Of a DNA stretch of 64,000 bases, positions 57,910 to 64,000 are shown in pieces; position 1 is the first letter of the stretch; each line of letters starts with the position of its first letter. Below the pieces are notes generated by a model. The model was not told where the DNA came from and searched no databases. It saw only the letters and a list, made by a program, of their open reading frames with translations. The DNA is from a virus. Location of the stretch: the IMG/VR virus record IMGVR_UViG_3300045988_101743, positions 1 to 64,000 of that record, one strand, 5' to 3'. The position numbers and the translations under genes are program-made.

Positions 57910-60900
57910 CAAAGTGGTCCATATATAACAGAAAAGGAGATGTTCTGCATGAGAGCGTAACCGAGTTCGACGGAAACGGAGAGGTTGTCCGCCAGGATAC
58001 GCTTGAATATAGCGGGAAATGGATGGGAGAGTGCTTTGTCACCGTCTCTTTCAAATCCGCATATCCCATCGACTTTCAGATTGGCGACTACATAGAGTAC
58101 AGAGGAGAGCGGTTCTGCCTCAATTATGACCCATCGGTTGTCAAGAAAGCGCGCCGCGGCTCTTATGGAGAGGGGTTTGTTTACGACAGTGTGAAGTTCA
58201 ACTCCTTGTCGAATGAGCTTACCGAGATGCGGTTCCGTGACTGGGTTCTGTCCGACAACCAAGTTCATTACACGTCGCTTCCTTCGTTCTCGTTCTACTG
58301 CAAGGATGTTGACGATCTTGTTGACAGGTTGCAGGCGAACAGCAACAGATGGTGCAAGTCAAATGGGTACGCCAATGAAGACTATTGGATGTTCTACACT
58401 CTTAGGAATAAGACTGTAGGAGGAACCGACGACAAGGAGCAAACGCAGACTACAAGCGAACGCACATTGGAACGTGCAAGAAGCGTGTATGACAATGATG
58501 ACTTTGTTTCCTCTGTGAAGGAAAAGTGGATTAAGGCTTACGGTCTTGGAAGCGACTATAAGGACAGTCGTGACGACGAGCGCTATGACAGGAATGTGTC
58601 TGTAAGCGGCCAGACTGTATGGGACGCCCTGTCGCTGATCAAGAAGGAATTTGGCCTGAACTTTATCATCCGTGGAAGAAATGTGTTTGTTGGAACAGTA
58701 GGAATACCAACAAGCCATGTGTTTAGATATGGAAAGGGGAATGGGCTGTACGAGGTTGACAAGACAGCGGACCAAGACCAGGCGGTTGTAACAAAATTGC
58801 ACGCATACGGAAGCAACGAAAATCTTCCTACAAGATACTATGCTGAAGTTGGCACAACACCTTATGGAAGAGTCTCTTATATAAATCACAAGGACGATGT
58901 TACGTCAACAAGCACTCCGCTCGTGAATGTCACGCTTGACCTCGCATGGTCGTCGTCGTATTTCAGCACAAAGCTCGAAAACTCGCAGTCAGATTCCGAC
59001 ATCAGGATTGTTGGCGTCAAGGTTAGCGACATGACTGCAAAGGGAAGGGTGTATGAGCTGAACGGAAAGGTATGCCTTGTTGTTGGCTACAATGAGAAAA
59101 GCAGCGACCCTGACAGCAACATCGGAAACAAGGACAATGTTTTCAATATTATAAGGTCAATTGCTATAAATGAGGTGTTTGAGTTTGTTGAGGGCGTAAA
59201 CAAGGATTCATTCCCATCAGACCACAAGAACTACGCTTATGTTAACGGGATGCCGAACAATATGGCCGTCAATAGCTTGATGCTGCCAGGCTTTCCCGTA
59301 TTTGCACTTTCCGAACTTTGCAAGTGTGAATACGATTCGCAAAAAGGTGAAACACGATACTATATAAGAAAGGACAAAAGTGGTTCTGGTTGGATATTGT
59401 TCCATACGGAAATCGGCGAGCACATCGTTACTTTCTCAAACGACTGCCATGACCCGTTTATCGTGTCGCAAAATGCGGATATTCTCGGAATAAGAGAGGG
59501 CGACATATCTTGCACAGAGGAGAATGATGACAACGGACTTGAGAAGGTCTATCCAACCATAGAAGACATGGTTGGGTCTGACGCAGGGTTGGCTAACGAT
59601 AAGAGACTGGATGAGGTTCTTTCTGCCGACACCATTGATGACAACGGAGTTTATCCAAAGACGCAAGAAGAAGATAAGATACAAGGTTTCAATATCTATC
59701 TCCCAGAACTTGGTTTCGACCTAAAAAAGGCCGCAGAGGATGCTGGTGGTACAAACATGAAGATTAGCATGAAGGACGGCTTTTGCGGAGGTCGCACCTT
59801 CGATGTAACTAACGCCGTATTCAAAAATGACCGCTGGGAGCTTAGGTGTAAGCGTTCGCATGATGCCGACCTTGACCTTTGGTTCCCGTACTCATACGCT
59901 AAATCGGTTAGCTCGCCGGAGGCTTCCATGAGCGGCGCTTATCAGGTTCAGAAAGGAGACCGGTATATCCTGACAGGTATATATGTCGACGATGTGAATT
60001 ACGTATGGGCGGCGAGCGTAAGGCTTCTTAGAAAGGCTATTCATTGGCTATGCAAGAACGACTATACTACATACGTGTATTCTCCAAAGATTGACGAGAT
60101 TTACATGGCCGAGGAGGCTCTTGCCGCAGACGCTATGGGCTTGACAAGCATACATGACAGCATCAAAGAAGGCGATGTTCTCATTTTTGGCGACAATGAT
60201 CTAAAAATTGACGGAAGCGTCTATATCGACCAACTTAATATAAAGGAGAACGGCAACAACGGAATTGCGACATACGATGTCACTTTGCGAAACGAGGTTA
60301 ATGTTGGCACAATCCAACGAATACAGAACAAAGTTGACTCACTTGTTACAGATGTCAAGTCAGGAAAGTATTCAAGTGGGTTTACGAGCGTTTCACAGAT
60401 AGAGGCGATTATTAGGGCGTATGGACCAGAACTATTCTTGTCGCGCATTGCGTCGGACGTTGCGAAAGGATACATAACGTTTGAAAGAGGACTAAAGAGC
60501 AATGGCGACGTTTCTATTGAACAGGACGCCACCATCGGCGGCGACCTCGACGTGACCGGAAACACCACGCTGACCGACGTGGTGGTTGACCGTGTGCATG
60601 ACGCGAAGTCAACGCCTGCCGAGCGTGTCATCATGGGGGCGCAGGGCTTCGACCTCTATATGGGCGAGGATGGCAAGAGCCATCTTTACATCGACTACCT
60701 CACGGCCCGCACCAAGTTCTTTGCGGCCTCTGCCGAGGTGCGCAAGGTGAGCTATTCGGGCGGCACAACGCTCTTCTCCAACGCGGGCAGCACCATCATG
60801 AAGGTGGTGGATGTGCTCAACGAGAGCAAGGCTGTGATAGCCTACAAGTGTTACGCCTTGGCAGACGACGGCACGACCAAGACGATGAATTGGTGGCATC

Positions 60901-63900
60901 CTGGCATGATGGCCTTGTGCCAGACTTTCAACGTCAAGGCTGGCGACACGGCCAACCTTGCCAACCGCTATTACTGGCGTTTGGTTGTTGGAGTAGGCCA
61001 AGAAACGCTCAACGATGGCAAGCTATACGATTACGTCATTCTCTCGAACAAAAAGACCTTCGTCGGCAACGAGGCCGTGGTGCCCGTGGGCTCTACGCAG
61101 GTCATAGGATGGAACGGCCACCCCTTGGTGTTCGGCAATGTGGCCATCGAGGTTGGCTCTAAAGGCGGCATGGAGAGCTTCGCTACCGTGGTGGCCGACT
61201 ATGAGGGTCTGACCAACGACGAGTCGGGAACGGCCATCGTCTCCCGCGTGTTCTACGGCTATGAGCCTGCCGCCGATGGTGGAGAGCCCGACGCTCCCCA
61301 GCCCTACGATGTCATTGTGCAGGCTGGCGATCAGGTGCAATGGGGCAAGTATGGCAACCTCATTAAGCTCACAACCTCTGTGGAGGATGGTGTTGATGCT
61401 GCCAACGCGTCCTCCATAGCCATGTTCCACAACATGGGAGCGCCCTACAAGGTGGGCGGTGGGGTCAATCCATATCAGTGGAAGACGCTAACGTCGCTCG
61501 ACTCGCCTGAGCTTGTCTTAAAGAACGCCAATAACTTCAAGTTCTTCACCGACGATGATCCCAACAACATCATCGACCCCATCACGGTTTCGTATGAGAT
61601 AAATGCGAGCGCCGATTTCATCATTCGCAAGCCTACCACGCAAACGGCCACGCCCACCGACATGACCTTTACCGTCACAAAACGGATGGGCAACAAGACG
61701 GAGGATGTCACGGCCACCGTCAATCTCTTTGCCGACTACACTACAACCGACGGAGCAACTAAGGCTGATGTGCCCATCAAGCGCCTGTCCGACATTGGCG
61801 TGAGTTTTTATGCGCTCGCCTCTGTTTCCGTCAAGGCAAAGGATAAGAGCGGTGGCGATACGCTTGCCACTCTCAGCATCCCTGTCTTGTCGGATGGCGC
61901 ACAGGGTAGCGCAGGAGCGCAAGGAAAGCCCGGTCAGGATGGCAAGAACGGTGTTGACGGAAAGCCGGGGGTTGACGGTAAGGATGGCAAGACCCCATCG
62001 GTTATGTCAACCACCTACAAGTATGCGGTTACGGCTACTGCCGTAAAGCCTGCCGATAACGCTTGGCAAACCACCATGCCCGACCCTTCTAAGAACGAGG
62101 GCAAGTTTATGTGGACCAAGACCACAACTACTTGGAGCACAGGCGATGCGACCGACACCTTCACTTGCACCTATGTCGGCAAGGATGGCGAGAATGGAAC
62201 GAGCGTCACCATTAAGGGTACGTTTGATAGCGTTGACCAACTGCCCACCACGGGAAAGGAGAATGAGAGCTACATCATCGCTGGCGACCTGTGGGCTTAT
62301 ACAGGCACGGATAAAGAGGATGCCGAGAACCATAACGGATTTACCAACATGGGCCGCATCAAGGGTGAGGATGGCAAATCAGCTACCCAATACTATATTC
62401 ATACAGCATGGATGAAAGATGCGGATGGCACAGGATTTACCATCGCTAATCCGCAGGGCACGGCCTATCCCTATATCGGCACACTCATCGACACCAACGA
62501 CAAGGACTCGTCTAATTGGCGTGACTATAAGTGGACCTACGTCAAGGGTGACACAGGTTCAAAAGGCGACAAGGGCGACCAAGGTGAGAAAGGTGAGAAA
62601 GGTGAGAAAGGTGAGCAGGGTGAAAAAGGCGAGCAGGGCTTGCAAGGAGTGAAAGGTGATAAGGGTGAGAAAGGCGACAAGGGTGACCAAGGCTTGAAAG
62701 GAGACAAAGGAGAGCCGGGCGAGCAGGGTATCAAGGGTGACCCAGGTAACGATGGCCAGCCCGGCAAGGACGGCACCAATGGCACCGACGGCAAGGATGC
62801 CGTGGAGTTTGTCATTAAGGATGCGCCCATGGTGTTCGACACGGCAACCGATGGCGTTGTGCCCACCGGCACGAGCAAGACCGCAAAGATTTACGTCTAC
62901 CGTGGTGGCGCGAACGTCAGCACCCAGCCTATCGCAGGCATCGTTGACCAACAGGGATGCTCTGACGCAAGGGTGACGAAGTTTTCCGACCATTTCGAGG
63001 TGACACTTGAAGGCCGCCACATCAAGAAGGATGGCGGTGTGAGCGTGACGAGCGGATATGTCGCCGTGCAACTCACCTATGATGGCAAGGCTTATGTGCA
63101 GCAGGTGCCGTTTCTCGTTAATGTGGCCAAGTTTACAGGCATGGTCAGCTCCAACAACGCGGAGCTGAGCAGCAAGTACACCGAGCTCACGAATAAGCAG
63201 GCGCAAACCGCCAAGGATGTGACGAACTTGCAGACTACGCTTAATGGCGTGCCTATCAAGAGCAACGACGACCTCACCAAGTACACCTCGGAGATTAAGC
63301 AGACCGCACGTGAGATTTCTGTCGAGGTAAGCTCGGAGGCCGTGCGCACAGGCCGTAACATGCTATTGGGTTCCGATTTCCACCGTCAGGGCTACGGCTA
63401 TGCGCCCAACGGCACGGCCTTCACGGAGAGCAACCTAAAGATACGCACCTACGATGGCTTTGCCGGTTGCAACTCCCTGTTCATCGAGCAAACGGCCATC
63501 GGCAACAGCTACGCAGGCGTAAGGTGGTCCGATGTGCCCGTTACGGGAGGCAAGACCTATGTGATAAGCGCTTGGCTCAAACGCATGAGCGACACCTTCG
63601 GCGAACGATGCTCCATCATCGTGCATGAGTATGCTGGCAACGGCACGACAATAGCGAAGAACAACTCCTTCACGGCGCTTGATGCCGATGCCGACCCGAA
63701 GGGCACGTGGCGCAAGAAGGCGGTTACTGTCACCTTGCAGGCCACCACAACAAGGGTGAACGTCATTTTCTGCCTTGGCTCAACAGGCGCTTTCTCGCTC
63801 TGTCAGCCTATGATGGAGGAGGGCACGGAGAGCAACGGGTGGACGCTCGCTCCTGCCGACTACGGTTACATCATGGGCAACCGTATCGTGGGCAGCTTGG

Positions 63901-64000
63901 CGCTCACGAAGAACGCCACCTCACTTGCGCAGGATGGCTCTACGGCAAGCATCGCTGGCCTTTATGGTTCTGTGGTCACGGGAACGGATGGAGTGGCTAT
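57906..64000 (+). CDS. Tail tip/fibre protein (Tal-like N-terminus + collagen-like Gly-X-Y repeats + C-terminal beta-rich carbohydrate-binding-like region); 3' end beyond the window
   Basis: ATG at 57906. Frame 0 is open to 62585. Collagen-like runs sit at about 61890-61990 and 62540-62810. It is absent from the ORF track, consistent with running off the edge. A 1-nt shift pair at 62581 and 62700 in the printed sequence contradicts the track (see rejected). Confidence 0.65.
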   Translation, partial: MTKWSIYNRKGDVLHESVTEFDGNGEVVRQDTLEYSGKWMGECFVTVSFKSAYPIDFQIGDYIEYRGERFCLNYDPSVVKKARRGSYGEGFVYDSVKFNSLSNELTEMRFRDWVLSDNQVHYTSLPSFSFYCKDVDDLVDRLQANSNRWCKSNGYANEDYWMFYTLRNKTVGGTDDKEQTQTTSERTLERARSVYDNDDFVSSVKEKWIKAYGLGSDYKDSRDDERYDRNVSVSGQTVWDALSLIKKEFGLNFIIRGRNVFVGTVGIPTSHVFRYGKGNGLYEVDKTADQDQAVVTKLHAYGSNENLPTRYYAEVGTTPYGRVSYINHKDDVTSTSTPLVNVTLDLAWSSSYFSTKLENSQSDSDIRIVGVKVSDMTAKGRVYELNGKVCLVVGYNEKSSDPDSNIGNKDNVFNIIRSIAINEVFEFVEGVNKDSFPSDHKNYAYVNGMPNNMAVNSLMLPGFPVFALSELCKCEYDSQKGETRYYIRKDKSGSGWILFHTEIGEHIVTFSNDCHDPFIVSQNADILGIREGDISCTEENDDNGLEKVYPTIEDMVGSDAGLANDKRLDEVLSADTIDDNGVYPKTQEEDKIQGFNIYLPELGFDLKKAAEDAGGTNMKISMKDGFCGGRTFDVTNAVFKNDRWELRCKRSHDADLDLWFPYSYAKSVSSPEASMSGAYQVQKGDRYILTGIYVDDVNYVWAASVRLLRKAIHWLCKNDYTTYVYSPKIDEIYMAEEALAADAMGLTSIHDSIKEGDVLIFGDNDLKIDGSVYIDQLNIKENGNNGIATYDVTLRNEVNVGTIQRIQNKVDSLVTDVKSGKYSSGFTSVSQIEAIIRAYGPELFLSRIASDVAKGYITFERGLKSNGDVSIEQDATIGGDLDVTGNTTLTDVVVDRVHDAKSTPAERVIMGAQGFDLYMGEDGKSHLYIDYLTARTKFFAASAEVRKVSYSGGTTLFSNAGSTIMKVVDVLNESKAVIAYKCYALADDGTTKTMNWWHPGMMALCQTFNVKAGDTANLANRYYWRLVVGVGQETLNDGKLYDYVILSNKKTFVGNEAVVPVGSTQVIGWNGHPLVFGNVAIEVGSKGGMESFATVVADYEGLTNDESGTAIVSRVFYGYEPAADGGEPDAPQPYDVIVQAGDQVQWGKYGNLIKLTTSVEDGVDAANASSIAMFHNMGAPYKVGGGVNPYQWKTLTSLDSPELVLKNANNFKFFTDDDPNNIIDPITVSYEINASADFIIRKPTTQTATPTDMTFTVTKRMGNKTEDVTATVNLFADYTTTDGATKADVPIKRLSDIGVSFYALASVSVKAKDKSGGDTLATLSIPVLSDGAQGSAGAQGKPGQDGKNGVDGKPGVDGKDGKTPSVMSTTYKYAVTATAVKPADNAWQTTMPDPSKNEGKFMWTKTTTTWSTGDATDTFTCTYVGKDGENGTSVTIKGTFDSVDQLPTTGKENESYIIAGDLWAYTGTDKEDAENHNGFTNMGRIKGEDGKSATQYYIHTAWMKDADGTGFTIANPQGTAYPYIGTLIDTNDKDSSNWRDYKWTYVKGDTGSKGDKGDQGEKGEKGEKGEQGEKGEQGLQGVKGDKGEKGDKGDQGLKGDKGEPGEQGIKGDPGNDGQPGKDGTNGTDGKDAVEFVIKDAPMVFDTATDGVVPTGTSKTAKIYVYRGGANVSTQPIAGIVDQQGCSDARVTKFSDHFEVTLEGRHIKKDGGVSVTSGYVAVQLTYDGKAYVQQVPFLVNVAKFTGMVSSNNAELSSKYTELTNKQAQTAKDVTNLQTTLNGVPIKSNDDLTKYTSEIKQTAREISVEVSSEAVRTGRNMLLGSDFHRQGYGYAPNGTAFTESNLKIRTYDGFAGCNSLFIEQTAIGNSYAGVRWSDVPVTGGKTYVISAWLKRMSDTFGERCSIIVHEYAGNGTTIAKNNSFTALDADADPKGTWRKKAVTVTLQATTTRVNVIFCLGSTGAFSLCQPMMEEGTESNGWTLAPADYGYIMGNRIVGSLALTKNATSLAQDGSTASIAGLYGSVVTGTDGVA

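Noticed and set aside
62581-62700. Apparent +1/-1 frameshift pair inside the collagen-like repeats of the tail fibre (extra c at 62581, missing g at about 62700)
   Set aside because: The ORF track's overlapping ORFs (62419..62652 +, 62537..62878 -, 62559..63206 -) only translate as given if the sequence lacks that c and carries an extra g near 62700. The track's omission of the fibre ORF also fits an uninterrupted frame running off the edge. Both shifts fall exactly on printed line starts. Treated as an inconsistency of the printed sequence rather than biology.

Overview
The window is a 64-kb stretch of a temperate tailed phage (siphovirus-like) with Bacteroidales-style signals: leaderless genes and a conserved TTATTAACCAAC upstream motif. 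Phage genes run to both window edges, and an attP-like cluster of GTACCC arm repeats sits just upstream of the integrase, so this looks like a phage or episomal genome (or the interior of a large prophage), not a host-prophage junction. Left to right, 1..12 kb is a leftward early operon: a Cys-rich protein ending in coding 27-nt tandem repeats, a small radical-SAM protein, a putative replication initiator whose linker region contains 11-bp iterons, DUF3127, a YqaJ exonuclease + RecT pair, a RuvC-like resolvase, DUF3310, an HExxH protein, an Xis-like HTH and a Rha/KilAC antirepressor. Divergent from it is a CI-like HTH-S24 repressor, then the arm-type repeats and a tyrosine integrase (13.0-14.3 kb). 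From 14.3 to 23.6 kb, leftward accessory genes include YopX, ASCH, a DNA methyltransferase broken at a G10 tract, a Bro-N/KilAC antirepressor broken by one in-frame TAG, a lipoprotein, a second iteron cluster with an AT-rich element (ori-like), and a second tyrosine recombinase. From 23.6 to 35.5 kb is an array of at least 17 small leftward genes, each preceded by the TTATTAACCAAC motif and followed by a hairpin; within it is a reverse transcriptase with a 1.5-kb ORF-free, hairpin-rich region downstream (candidate DGR, group II or novel RT-RNA element). A G-tract/(CG)n tandem repeat with a perfect palindrome and a 1-kb AT-rich hub at 35.5-36.5 kb precede a GC-rich primase/SF3-helicase module. 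The morphogenesis block follows: minor head protein, portal and TerL (leftward), a tRNA-Met-like gene, scaffold, major capsid, connector and tail proteins, tail chaperones with a -1 frameshift site, a 2404-aa tape measure, Dit, and a tail-tip/fibre of at least 2031 aa with collagen-like repeats that runs off the window. All identifications are by eye from motifs; no database searches were run.
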